From a virus (Duplodnaviria > Caudoviricetes), in IMG/VR virus record IMGVR_UViG_3300015370_001125, positions 1 through 42,624 of that record: a stretch of DNA of 42,624 bases. One strand, 5' to 3'. This document shows, one piece after another, positions 18,483-27,748 of this stretch. Positions within the stretch are counted from its first letter, which is position 1; the number at the start of each line of letters is the position of its first letter. The position numbers and the translations under genes were made by a program. A model generated the notes under the pieces. It searched no databases. It saw only the letters and a list, made by a program, of their open reading frames with translations, and had not been told where the DNA came from.

Positions 18483-19306
18483 GCTTAACAACAGTTGAAG
18501 AGGTTAGGAGAATAAGTGGAGTTACTTCAACTAGTCTAGTATCTGATCCTGATGTTACAGCAACTATTGCTGAGGCAGAAGCAGAAGTAGAAAAATATCT
18601 TAATGCCTCATTTACCCCAAAAGAAAGAATAGATGTCTTAGATGGGAATAATACAAATACGATTATTGTTATGAAAAATCCTATTTTAGCTTTAAGAGAA
18701 TTGAAAATTGACGGAACAGCAATAACTATTGATGGAAATATTTTTATTACAAAACAAAGCGGAAAATTAGAACTTAATTCTGAAGGGTCTCCGGAAGAAA
18801 CAAGGTTTAAAGGAAAACCTCAAGGAATAAGAATTAAATATATTCATGGGTGGTTGGAAGAAGGAAATACTCAAACAACAACCGATGCTGATTCAAGTTC
18901 TGGATCATCTGTTGCTTTAAGTGTAGTAAATGAGCAGGGATTTGCTGTTAATGAATGGATTGAGATTTATGGTATGGATGGGAACAAAGAAGCTACAAAA
19001 ATAACTGCGGTTGCATCTGGAGAGATCACTGTTGATAATTTAAGTTTCAGTCATGAAAGTGGAAGCACTGTTATTAAATTAGACGTAAATGAAATTATTA
19101 AAAAATTAATGAGAATTATTTCAGGCATTGCTCTTGTTGCAAGAGTTGTTGGAGAATCTTTTGATGATATTACTGGATATACTCTTGGAGAATTTCATGT
19201 TCAAAAGGGGGAGCCTTATACTCAGTGGAGAGAAACTGCATTACAATTGCAGAGAGAAGCTCAAGAGATTCTTAAAAAAGTGGGTAAAAGACCGGCTATA
19301 TTCTGA
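18479..19306 (+). CDS. Head-tail adaptor (connector) protein with inserted domain
   Basis: TTVEEVRR...IAEAEAEVEKYL, LDGN, IKYIHGW, C-terminal YTLGEF; start reassigned to ATG 18479. Confidence 0.75.
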   Translation: MSLTTVEEVRRISGVTSTSLVSDPDVTATIAEAEAEVEKYLNASFTPKERIDVLDGNNTNTIIVMKNPILALRELKIDGTAITIDGNIFITKQSGKLELNSEGSPEETRFKGKPQGIRIKYIHGWLEEGNTQTTTDADSSSGSSVALSVVNEQGFAVNEWIEIYGMDGNKEATKITAVASGEITVDNLSFSHESGSTVIKLDVNEIIKKLMRIISGIALVARVVGESFDDITGYTLGEFHVQKGEPYTQWRETALQLQREAQEILKKVGKRPAIF

Positions 19307-19683
19307 TGGCAACAATAACAAGCGCTGATTTTGAGAATGGCCCGTTAACTGATCTTGGCGGAACTTTTAATCTAATTAAGGTAACTGATACCCTCGATAC
19401 TATGGGGGGAAAGACTGCTGTAAGTGAATCCTCAACATCAATTCAAGGTATAATGCAGAAGATCACTGAAAAAGATAGAGATGTAAGAGAAATGGGTTTT
19501 GCAGTTTCAGGAAATGTCAAGTTCTTTGTCAGCGGGAGTGTTAATCTTGATGAAGGAGATATTATTGAAGAGACAAGTACAAGCAAAAGATGGAGGGTTG
19601 AAACAATTCTTGGAAATAGAAAAATAGGAAGTAATGCAATTTTTATATCATCTGTTTTAAAAAATATCGGGTTGGATTCTTAA
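19306..19683 (+). CDS. Head-closure (stopper) protein
   Basis: Position; D.MGG, GD.I...RWRVETI pattern. Confidence 0.65.
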   Translation: MATITSADFENGPLTDLGGTFNLIKVTDTLDTMGGKTAVSESSTSIQGIMQKITEKDRDVREMGFAVSGNVKFFVSGSVNLDEGDIIEETSTSKRWRVETILGNRKIGSNAIFISSVLKNIGLDS

Positions 19684-19684
19684 A

Positions 19685-20119
19685 ATGACTGGAATAACTG
19701 TAAGTTTTAGTTTGAAAGACAAGGATGTAAATGAAAAATTAAAGAAAGTATTATTTAGATCAATGGTTGATATGCAGAAAATAGCAAAACAAGGAGCTCC
19801 TGTTGATACTGGAAGATTAATAAATTCTATAAAATTATTCCCTTCTTCTCCCGGGAGCACTCAATATCTTCTTATTGCAACTGTAAATTATGCCGGCGAT
19901 GTAGAATATGGGACATCTCCTCACTTTGTAAGCGAAAAAGCATTAAAGGGATGGGCTAAAAGAAAACTTGGTGATGAAGATGCAGCAGGTGCAGTATCTC
20001 AAAAGATTCAAAGAGAGGGAACAAATGCTCAACCGTTTATGAGGCCTGCTTTAGAGCAAGTAAAATATAAAAAATTAAAGATTCATTTTGACAGAATTTT
20101 AGGTGAAAGTAGTATTTGA
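19685..20119 (+). CDS. HK97 gp10-like neck/tail-completion protein
   Basis: APVDTGRLINSI, YA..VEYGT, AQPFMRPAL signature. Confidence 0.9.
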   Translation: MTGITVSFSLKDKDVNEKLKKVLFRSMVDMQKIAKQGAPVDTGRLINSIKLFPSSPGSTQYLLIATVNYAGDVEYGTSPHFVSEKALKGWAKRKLGDEDAAGAVSQKIQREGTNAQPFMRPALEQVKYKKLKIHFDRILGESSI

Positions 20120-20121
20120 AA

Positions 20122-20156
20122 AGAATATTTAAAATTTTTGAAATATTGTTTATAAG
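20122..20156 (+). promoter_or_regulatory. Conserved late-promoter module, copy 3 (upstream of tail operon)
   Basis: AGAATATTTAAAATTTTTGAAATATTGTTTATAAG; 31/35 identical to 5961-5995. Confidence 0.8.
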
Positions 20157-20214
20157 CTTCTTAGAATTCTTAGTTCTATTAGGTCAAGAGACCTAGTAAA
20201 ATCCAAGAGGTAAA

Positions 20215-20898
20215 ATGGCGACAATAAGTCCAAAAAATATAATTGTAGACTTTCTAAGAAAAAATTTAACAGATCCACGTTCACGTGCAGAAGATTCAAA
20301 TACAGAAGAATTTGACGGAGGCGGAACAGAATTCTCATTAACTCCTCCTTCCGGAAAAGTATCAGCAATAACAAGCGTGACTGTTGACGGAGCAGATCAA
20401 GTTAAATGGAAAGATTATTATATTGATTTTCAAAATGAAAAAGTCATCTTTTTTTCTGCAACAGCAGGAGGAACAGATAATGTTGATATTTCTTATAAAC
20501 ATGGGACATCAAATTGGATTTATCCAGATAAGCCATTAACAACATTAAGCAAGACTTCTTTTCCTAGATTAAATATTCTAATTATAGATGGAACAGGGGC
20601 AAGAGTAGGCCAGTATAATTCTGATGTTCAAACTATAATTTCATTTCAAATAGATGTTTGGGCAACAGAGGATTATGTTTCAACAATAGATAGCATAAAA
20701 TATGAAGGGGATAAGTTAGCTGAATATATTGGATTAAAAGTCATAGAGGTATTTAGATCAAGTGTTGACGAGTTGCATCCTGCTTTATACAACTATAATC
20801 CGGGTCATTTGCAAGACCTTCCTTTTAATGAAGAATTACAAGTTCATCATAAAATTTTCCAGATGGAAATGAACACAATCAATGTAGGTGAGATATAA
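20215..20898 (+). CDS. Tail terminator-like protein with inserted domain
   Basis: IYPDKP...FPRL.I...FQIDVWA pattern; precedes the tail tube gene; GAGGT SD. Confidence 0.6.
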   Translation: MATISPKNIIVDFLRKNLTDPRSRAEDSNTEEFDGGGTEFSLTPPSGKVSAITSVTVDGADQVKWKDYYIDFQNEKVIFFSATAGGTDNVDISYKHGTSNWIYPDKPLTTLSKTSFPRLNILIIDGTGARVGQYNSDVQTIISFQIDVWATEDYVSTIDSIKYEGDKLAEYIGLKVIEVFRSSVDELHPALYNYNPGHLQDLPFNEELQVHHKIFQMEMNTINVGEI

Positions 20899-21860
20899 TG
20901 GTAGAAATGTATTTAGGAAAAAGAGAACAAATTGCAATGTGTGAAGAAGATAGCTGGGCTAGTTTAGGAGCAAAAACAATGGCAAACGATGGTTTTATCG
21001 TAGGGAAAAATGTGGTGTTTACTCCTGACTTTAATCCTAATTGGCAGGAAGTTTTAACCGCTGGTGCAGATTCAAGGGATGTTGATTCATTAGAAAAAGG
21101 TCCATTAAGTTACAAATTTACTCTTACTTTTAATCCTACAAATTGGAAGTTTTTGAGATATTGCAAACACGGTTCTGTTACAAATACAAATCAGACTACT
21201 TATTATCAACACACTTTTACAAAAACAGATGCAGTGAAATCTTTTACTCTTGAACGAGCTCAAAGAGGAGCAGTAAATGAAGTTCTCACACTGACTGGTT
21301 GTGTCATAACAAATCTTGTAATTAATTTTGCAAATGGAACAGGTGCAACAGATGGATTTATTACAGTTACTGCAGAGTGTTTAGCAAAATCTTTATCAAA
21401 AGGAACAAGCATCACATCTGTATCAGCTGAAACAGATCAAGCTTTCCAGTTTCGTATGGCTAAGTGGACACATAATGGTGTGGAAATTGTGGAGTTGAAT
21501 AATGGTGAATTAACTATTGATAATGGTGTTGATGAAAATGATTCGAGATATTGTAATGCTACACTTGATCAAGAAATTGGTGAACCCGTTCCAAAAACAA
21601 GCAGGCATACTTGCCGATTTAATGTTAATCTTAAAGACAGCACTTTTACAGATGACTGGATTGCCCAAGTTGCTGTTCCCGGAACAAACAAACTAGAATT
21701 TATAAGAGGAACAAATGATACTGTGGTTTTCACATTTACAGACGAATATCTCAATTCAGCGATAAGTTCAACAAATATCGAGGGAATTAATGTAGCAGAT
21801 GTGGCTGGAACAATTAAATCATTATCAATCGTTGCCAAGGATCAACATGATGATTATTAA
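20898..21860 (+). CDS. Major tail tube protein
   Basis: YQHTFT..., SFTLE, GCVITNL.I, ELTIDNG pattern; followed by chaperone and TMP. Confidence 0.8.
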   Translation: MVEMYLGKREQIAMCEEDSWASLGAKTMANDGFIVGKNVVFTPDFNPNWQEVLTAGADSRDVDSLEKGPLSYKFTLTFNPTNWKFLRYCKHGSVTNTNQTTYYQHTFTKTDAVKSFTLERAQRGAVNEVLTLTGCVITNLVINFANGTGATDGFITVTAECLAKSLSKGTSITSVSAETDQAFQFRMAKWTHNGVEIVELNNGELTIDNGVDENDSRYCNATLDQEIGEPVPKTSRHTCRFNVNLKDSTFTDDWIAQVAVPGTNKLEFIRGTNDTVVFTFTDEYLNSAISSTNIEGINVADVAGTIKSLSIVAKDQHDDY

Positions 21861-21862
21861 AA

Positions 21863-22231
21863 ATGGAATTTGAAGAAGATTTTGTGAAAGAAGAACTTAT
21901 TGAGTTTGAAATAGAAGGAAAGAAATTCAAATACAAACCTACAACTGCAAATGATGAGCTTGAATGGGCTGATGATTATTTGGAAATTGTTGATGGCAAA
22001 CCTAAACAGAACCTCAAAAAAGTCACGCAATGCAAAATAAGAAACCTGATTGGAGTTCCTTACAACAAGGAACTTATCAAGAAAATAACAGGACTTGACA
22101 AAGAATGGAAAGACCTAACAAGAGAAGAAAGATGGACTGTTTTTGGTAAATTAAAACCCGGAACTTTTGATGATATTATGAAGAAAATAAATGATATAGA
22201 TTCTCCAGATTCAGAATTAAAAAAAAACTAA
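21863..22231 (+). CDS. Tail assembly chaperone (gpG-like)
   Basis: Between tube and TMP; ends in slippery A-AAA-AAC-TAA. Confidence 0.8.
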   Translation: MEFEEDFVKEELIEFEIEGKKFKYKPTTANDELEWADDYLEIVDGKPKQNLKKVTQCKIRNLIGVPYNKELIKKITGLDKEWKDLTREERWTVFGKLKPGTFDDIMKKINDIDSPDSELKKN

Positions 22232-22461
22232 AACTGAAAATCCAGACAGCTAATTCTAAGATGGGTTTCATAATTGAAAATAGTGCAGAGGGAATGTTAT
22301 GGCTCAAATATAAGTTTTTTGAGCAGGGGATAAGTCCGCATGAATTCAGGAAATGTCAAATGAGAGACATAAAAGATATCATGGACATCAAAGACACCAT
22401 AGACTCAAAAGCGATGAGAGAAGTGGAAGTTAGAGATATGATGGCGAGGATGAGGTATTAA
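22225..22461 (+). CDS. Tail assembly chaperone C-terminal extension (gpT-like), reached by -1 frameshift
   Basis: The -1 frame is open from the A9 run through ATG 22261 to the stop at 22461. Confidence 0.75.
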   Translation, partial: KLKLKIQTANSKMGFIIENSAEGMLWLKYKFFEQGISPHEFRKCQMRDIKDIMDIKDTIDSKAMREVEVRDMMARMRY

Positions 22462-22462
22462 A

Positions 22463-23320
22463 ATGGTTGAAGTAGGAAGCATTCAAATTGGAGGAAGCAT
22501 TCAGACAGCTGAAATAGAAAGAGGTCTTATTAGAATAGAAAAAGGCTTCAAATATGTAGAGAGAACTAGCAAGGGAGTAAGTTCTGATTTTGAAAGAATG
22601 ACCTCGAGGGGAAAGAGGCTAGTTACAATATTTGGTGGTTTAGCAATTGCTGGGACAGGAGCATTGGTTGCACTGGCAAAAGGAGCTCCGGCAGTTGCTG
22701 GCGCAATGGCAAAAATCAAAATTTCTATGATGAACTTGAAATTTGCGGCTGGAGAAGCAATGAAACCAACTTTTGAAGCTGCTTCAAAAGGATTGGAGAG
22801 ATTAGCGAACTGGGTTGATGGACATCCTGATTTATTTAGAGGGATTATTAATTCTATTACAGGATTAGCAATTGCAACAGCAGTAGTCAAAGTAGGGGGA
22901 TGGGTTTTCAAGGCATGGGCTGGGTTTTTTGGATTGATGAAAGGAATAGTAGCTTGGACTGGATGGGATTCATTAGGAAATATATTTAGAGGTGTATGGA
23001 CCAAACTTGGAAGTTTAGCAACAAAAATAGGGGGAGCAGTATCTTCAATTATTTCATGGATTGCAAGATTGGGAAGCAAGATGGGGGGGGTCTTGACAGG
23101 CGGAGGATTAAGTTCAGGAGTTGCTGGTGGATTAGCGGTTGGTGGAACTGCAGCAGGATTGATGATTGGACCATTGATTAATACCTATCAAAGAGAAATT
23201 ACTGGGAAACCCGGATTCTTAGATAAGCAATTACAAGAATATAATGAATGGAAATTTCATCAAAATCTAAAAAAATGGTCTAGGAATAAATCGGAGCTAG
23301 ACATGATGTACACAATATAA
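22463..23320 (+). CDS. Tape measure protein (unusually short, 285 aa)
   Basis: Directly after the chaperone pair; A/G-rich helical sequence with hydrophobic segments; N-terminal VGSIQI. Confidence 0.75.
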   Translation: MVEVGSIQIGGSIQTAEIERGLIRIEKGFKYVERTSKGVSSDFERMTSRGKRLVTIFGGLAIAGTGALVALAKGAPAVAGAMAKIKISMMNLKFAAGEAMKPTFEAASKGLERLANWVDGHPDLFRGIINSITGLAIATAVVKVGGWVFKAWAGFFGLMKGIVAWTGWDSLGNIFRGVWTKLGSLATKIGGAVSSIISWIARLGSKMGGVLTGGGLSSGVAGGLAVGGTAAGLMIGPLINTYQREITGKPGFLDKQLQEYNEWKFHQNLKKWSRNKSELDMMYTI

Positions 23321-24102
23321 TGGTAATGAAAATAGAAAATTATTCAGGAAGTGCAGACACATTCACATTTCCAAATAATCCAAACACTTTTGATGACGAG
23401 TTAGTGCCAAACTATACAGTTACAAATGTAGATTATCAGAGATATCATTATTTTGTAAGTGGAGGGGGGATTGCACCTAAAATGATTATTCTCACAGGAA
23501 ATTTTTATGGAGTAAATAAAAACACAAACTATCAGAGTTTAAGCAAGCATTTTTCTGAAACACAAAAATTAAAAAAATTATATTGGGAATCAGATAAATT
23601 TTATTTAGGAGTTGGAAATAATGTTAAAAAAACTCACACTGGTGGCAGGACAAACTTTATTGATTATGTTGCTAATTTTCAAACAATTGTTGGGGTTTTA
23701 TTTTCAAACACTCAAACAACTTACACAAATGGTGGAAGTCATGAAACAAATGATGGTAATGCAACCACATTTATAGAAGAAATTCAAGGAGTTGTAACAA
23801 ATGGATCCAATCCAGTTATTGTAAGTGATGGACTTGGAAATGAAATTACAATTCCTGCGAGTGTTTTAACAACAGGCCAAACAGTTGTAATTAAATTTGT
23901 TGAGATGGTTGATTCTGGGAGTGGCATTTATGTGACAGAGTATAACTATACAACTATTGCTGGAACACAAACAAGCGCAGTTTCTGTTACAGATGGACTT
24001 GGACTTTTGCAATTATCATCTGGGGCATCAACCTCAACACTTTCATTAAGCAATCTAAATGCAGGTTGGACTGCTAAGTTTAGAGATGCTTATACAGCAT
24101 AA
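23320..24102 (+). CDS. Distal tail (Dit-like) protein
   Basis: Follows the TMP; IILTGNF, NDGNATT pattern. Confidence 0.55.
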   Translation: MVMKIENYSGSADTFTFPNNPNTFDDELVPNYTVTNVDYQRYHYFVSGGGIAPKMIILTGNFYGVNKNTNYQSLSKHFSETQKLKKLYWESDKFYLGVGNNVKKTHTGGRTNFIDYVANFQTIVGVLFSNTQTTYTNGGSHETNDGNATTFIEEIQGVVTNGSNPVIVSDGLGNEITIPASVLTTGQTVVIKFVEMVDSGSGIYVTEYNYTTIAGTQTSAVSVTDGLGLLQLSSGASTSTLSLSNLNAGWTAKFRDAYTA

Positions 24103-25712
24103 TGGGAACCTATATAATAAAAGTAAAAAACACATCAGGGACAGAAGGCACAGTAATAGCAAATGCAGGATTTTCTTATTCTGATAAATTAAACAGTCAT
24201 AACGATGGACAATTAAAAATTTCTGGGACAGGAGAAGTTAAAAGAAGCCTTTTTGAAATTGGATCAGAGGTTTACATTTACAGGAATGGACCCTTAGAAT
24301 TTCATGGAATAATTAATGCTATAAGTTTTTTAGATGCTGGAGGAATTGCAGCAGATCTTTTGGGTAATGAAGTTTGGTTAACAAAAGAAAACGGAGATTA
24401 TGAAAGTTCTCCTTATACAAATACAGCAAGCGCAACAATAGCAGGCCATATAATTGGGGAAAGTACAAAATTTAGTCAGGGAACAATTGAGGCAGGAGAA
24501 AATCTTGATTTTAGAATAGAAAAAACTTCAAGCTTATGGAATGCATTATCAAGTTTGATCAAAAGAACAGCCCAAGACATAGGAATTGATTATGCAAATA
24601 CAGAAGTTGATATTTTAGACCATAAAGGATCTTCAACAAGTGTAGCAACATTAAACGATGGAGTTCAAATTCAAGACCTTACAGTTAGACAAAGTTATCC
24701 TATTGCAAATGACGTTAGAGTTTATGGACAGGGAGAAGGAAATACCAGAATTAAAAGTGATACGGGACATGGTCAAGATGCAACAAGCAAATCAACTTAT
24801 GGAATAATTAGAAAAATTTACAATGATCCATCAGTCACAACAGTAAATGAAGCAAACACTCTGGCTGACAAATTAGTTGCAAAGTGGAAAGACCCTGTGA
24901 AAATTTATGAGTTTGATGTGATTAATCCGACTAAAAATTTGGTTGCAGGAGATGTAGTCACTTTAAATTCTTCAACAAAAGGCCTAAGTGATGAAGAAGT
25001 AAGAATAGTCTCGATGGAGAGAGGAGTTAGAAATAGTCAAGAGTTTTTAACTCTTCAAGTTACAAATAAGGCCTATAGTACAATTGAAAGAGGAATAGAT
25101 CAAATATTGGCAGAGTTAGAGAAAAAGGCAAATGATTTACAGACCTATGACCAGTTTTATGATGAATATGCTAATCAAAATATAAGCACTTCTGTCGCTG
25201 GAGCCGATTGGGATATTTCAGGATGGGATATAGATTTTAAAGGATATTCTTTAAGTTATGTTAGACAAATTGCAACAGATACTGCATTGACAATAGGGAC
25301 AACAGGAGCTTATAATATATATTTATGGCCGGGCATAGGAGGTTTTGTTTCTTTAGGTGCACACATAGATGGCGTTAATAATTATAGACTTAAGAACTGC
25401 CCTAACCCTGTCTCTAATCAAGATGTTGCAACAAAATATTATGTTGACACTCAAGGCGGGGGAGATAATTTAGGCAACCATTCAGCTACACAAGATTTAG
25501 ATATGAATGGTTATGACATCACAGATATTACTTATTTACAAGGTCAAGGTTCTCTTAGTTTATGGTCTCCTGCAGGATATTCTATTAATATCTGGCCTAG
25601 CAACGGGACTCTTGGAGCAGATCTTGAAATAAATGGCAATATCGATATGAATAATTGTCAAATATATGGTATTGGAAAATTTAAATTACCTGTTGGAACA
25701 AACCTTTACTAA
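24102..25712 (+). CDS. Tail tip/baseplate hub protein with C-terminal fibre-like extension
   Basis: IANDVRVYGQGEG, S.STYGI, L..GDVVTL hub motifs; PVSNQDVATKYYVD and GDNLGNHSATQDL fibre motifs. Confidence 0.75.
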   Translation: MGTYIIKVKNTSGTEGTVIANAGFSYSDKLNSHNDGQLKISGTGEVKRSLFEIGSEVYIYRNGPLEFHGIINAISFLDAGGIAADLLGNEVWLTKENGDYESSPYTNTASATIAGHIIGESTKFSQGTIEAGENLDFRIEKTSSLWNALSSLIKRTAQDIGIDYANTEVDILDHKGSSTSVATLNDGVQIQDLTVRQSYPIANDVRVYGQGEGNTRIKSDTGHGQDATSKSTYGIIRKIYNDPSVTTVNEANTLADKLVAKWKDPVKIYEFDVINPTKNLVAGDVVTLNSSTKGLSDEEVRIVSMERGVRNSQEFLTLQVTNKAYSTIERGIDQILAELEKKANDLQTYDQFYDEYANQNISTSVAGADWDISGWDIDFKGYSLSYVRQIATDTALTIGTTGAYNIYLWPGIGGFVSLGAHIDGVNNYRLKNCPNPVSNQDVATKYYVDTQGGGDNLGNHSATQDLDMNGYDITDITYLQGQGSLSLWSPAGYSINIWPSNGTLGADLEINGNIDMNNCQIYGIGKFKLPVGTNLY

Positions 25713-25714
25713 AA

Positions 25715-26608
25715 ATGTCTTATATGTATCATAAAGTTTGCAAGGGAATAGATCAAGATGGCGGTAGTAATAATATTTTCAGTTGGTGGAAAACTAATTT
25801 TAATATGCCTGTGCCAGAAATTTGGGATGGAAATTGGGTTGAAGGAAGGGGGCCTTTTACTTATAATGAATTAGGAACAAGCTTTAGTTTATCAGGATTT
25901 TCTCCCGGATGGGAGCTGGTTGCATTTTTCTGTGGATGGCATTGGGATGGGCCATTATATGGAACTGCTTATATGTATTCTCAATGGAGAGATGAAAATA
26001 ATAATTTAATGTTTACTTGTGCAAATGGAAGCCCAGTTAGTCTTAATTTGGATTCTGGTTATTGGCAAGAATATATGTATGGATGTAATCAAGGGGTTGC
26101 AAGTTGGGAGGTTGATGTGGCTGGAAACTATCGAGTTAGAAGTTGGTCAACAGGAACAGGAGCAATGGGTCAACAAGATACAACAATTACTTTTAGCAAT
26201 GTTCCAAGCACAAGTCAATTATCAACATCAAAAAAAGGATATATCTGGGTTGAAGGAAATAATTTATGTTTTGTTAATGCAAATAGATGGAAGCATACAA
26301 TGGTTGGGAATCAAGAAAGTTATGTTGATACTGCCAAGAAAGGTTATATGTGGATAGATTCGGGCATTGGTTATACTCTTAAATGGATTGGGAATGATGG
26401 ATACAGATATAGGTGCAAATGGAATATTAAACAATTTGCTTCAACTTGGAGTAATGGCCCAACAGGCGAAACATTTGCAGGAACTAGCAAAAAGGGATAC
26501 ATATGGGTTGATGATGAATTTGGTTGGACTCATTTAGGTTATATTGCTTCTGATGGATATAAATATTTGACAGGTTCGGGAAATTACCCCTATCAAGCAC
26601 CTTATTAA
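25715..26608 (+). CDS. Putative receptor-binding/tail-tip protein, W/Y/G-rich with 3 KKGY(I/M)W repeats
   Basis: Last large gene of the tail module; internal repeats. Confidence 0.55.
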   Translation: MSYMYHKVCKGIDQDGGSNNIFSWWKTNFNMPVPEIWDGNWVEGRGPFTYNELGTSFSLSGFSPGWELVAFFCGWHWDGPLYGTAYMYSQWRDENNNLMFTCANGSPVSLNLDSGYWQEYMYGCNQGVASWEVDVAGNYRVRSWSTGTGAMGQQDTTITFSNVPSTSQLSTSKKGYIWVEGNNLCFVNANRWKHTMVGNQESYVDTAKKGYMWIDSGIGYTLKWIGNDGYRYRCKWNIKQFASTWSNGPTGETFAGTSKKGYIWVDDEFGWTHLGYIASDGYKYLTGSGNYPYQAPY

Positions 26609-26609
26609 A

Positions 26610-26840
26610 ATGGAAGAAACACCAGTAAAAATTATTACAAAAGAAGAAATGGAAAAAATACTCGGAGAGGGAGATTTAGGAAAATCTGGGACTCTGTTTG
26701 GTTATGGTGTTATAGGAAACAAAAAGACAGGAAAAATTATTGAGAAATTCAAAGTAAATCGAATGACTGGAGAAAAAACAATTTTGTTTAGAGACCTTAA
26801 TGATGAAATGTTCAAAAAGAAAAAGGGGGGTAAAAAATGA
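26610..26840 (+). CDS. Hypothetical protein
   Basis: Tightly packed in the operon. Confidence 0.6.
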   Translation: MEETPVKIITKEEMEKILGEGDLGKSGTLFGYGVIGNKKTGKIIEKFKVNRMTGEKTILFRDLNDEMFKKKKGGKK

Positions 26841-27040
26841 AAGGACTACAAAAAGAGGATATAAAAAATGTTTCAAAAGAAGGAGAAGTAGTAACTGTCA
26901 AATTTGAAAAAGAGATTGAAATAAGCGTTATGAAATTAAAAATGCAATGGCAAATATTGAAAGAAAGAGAAGATGGACTTGCAAAAGAAAAAAAGAAATT
27001 ACAAGAAATAGCAAAGCAGGCTAACATTCAATTAGAATAA
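26837..27040 (+). CDS. Hypothetical coiled-coil protein
   Basis: ATGA overlap; GGGGGT SD. Confidence 0.6.
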   Translation: MKGLQKEDIKNVSKEGEVVTVKFEKEIEISVMKLKMQWQILKEREDGLAKEKKKLQEIAKQANIQLE

Positions 27041-27055
27041 TAAGGAGGTGAAAAA

Positions 27056-27256
27056 ATGAGTGAAAAACCATGGTATAAATCAAAGACAAAGATAGGTGCA
27101 ACATTAGTTGGACTTTCTGCAATTATTGGAACTGTCGGCGGTTGGCTTCAAGGTTCAATAGAACCCGGAACAGCAGTCACGGCACTAATGGCCCAAGTAG
27201 GAGTTATTTTAGCTATCTTTGGCGTTAGAGATTTGCCTTTTATAAATAAAAAATAG
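27056..27256 (+). CDS. Two-TM small membrane protein (holin-like)
   Basis: KPWYKSKT N-terminus and two hydrophobic helices; GGAGGTGA SD. Confidence 0.65.
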   Translation: MSEKPWYKSKTKIGATLVGLSAIIGTVGGWLQGSIEPGTAVTALMAQVGVILAIFGVRDLPFINKK

Positions 27257-27258
27257 AA

Positions 27259-27390
27259 ATGAAAAAATGTCCTAAATGCAACAGTTCAAGATATAGAGAA
27301 GGGCCTCTCGGAAAAGTCTGTAAAAAGTGTGGATTTAGAAATGATTCTAATTATATTAAAAGGAAAAATGATAAAAATAATAATAGATAA
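27259..27390 (+). CDS. Small zinc-ribbon protein (43 aa, not in the ORF track)
   Basis: MKKCPKCNSSRYREGPLGKVCKKCGFRN...; CxxC-x13-CxxC. Confidence 0.7.
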   Translation: MKKCPKCNSSRYREGPLGKVCKKCGFRNDSNYIKRKNDKNNNR

Positions 27391-27748
27391 AAAGACACCC
27401 TCTGTTAATCATCTCTATGGCCATAATAAATTTGGACATTTTTATCTCAAGAAAGAAGGTCGAGATTTAAGAGAGTATATTTCAGAAAAGATTAAAGGAA
27501 GTATCTCAAAAGATAAACTTAAACAATTTCAAGAGGTCAAACTTATTGTTTCTGTTAATATCTTTGAAAATTGGTTTACAAAAAAAGGAACTGTAAAAAA
27601 GGTAGATATTGCTAACAGAGAAAAATTCTTGATTGATAGTGTGTTTAATGCATTAGGATTAGATGATTGTTTTATTTTTGAACACATTATGAAAAAGATT
27701 CAGAGTGATGAAGAAAAAGCAGAGATTACAATTGCAAATTTATCTTAA
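27368..27748 (+). CDS. rusA: RusA-family Holliday junction resolvase
   Basis: PSVNHLY, DIANREKFLIDSV, DD motif. Confidence 0.85.
   Translation: MIKIIIDKKTPSVNHLYGHNKFGHFYLKKEGRDLREYISEKIKGSISKDKLKQFQEVKLIVSVNIFENWFTKKGTVKKVDIANREKFLIDSVFNALGLDDCFIFEHIMKKIQSDEEKAEITIANLS

Noticed and set aside
22501-23079. 192-aa antisense ORF over the TMP, and the many other short antisense or nested ORFs in the track
   Set aside because: These are shadows of well-supported genes on the opposite strand or frame, with no motifs or RBS.
24102-26608. Diversity-generating retroelement targeting tail or surface genes
   Set aside because: No reverse transcriptase, and no TR/VR pair differing at adenines was seen.
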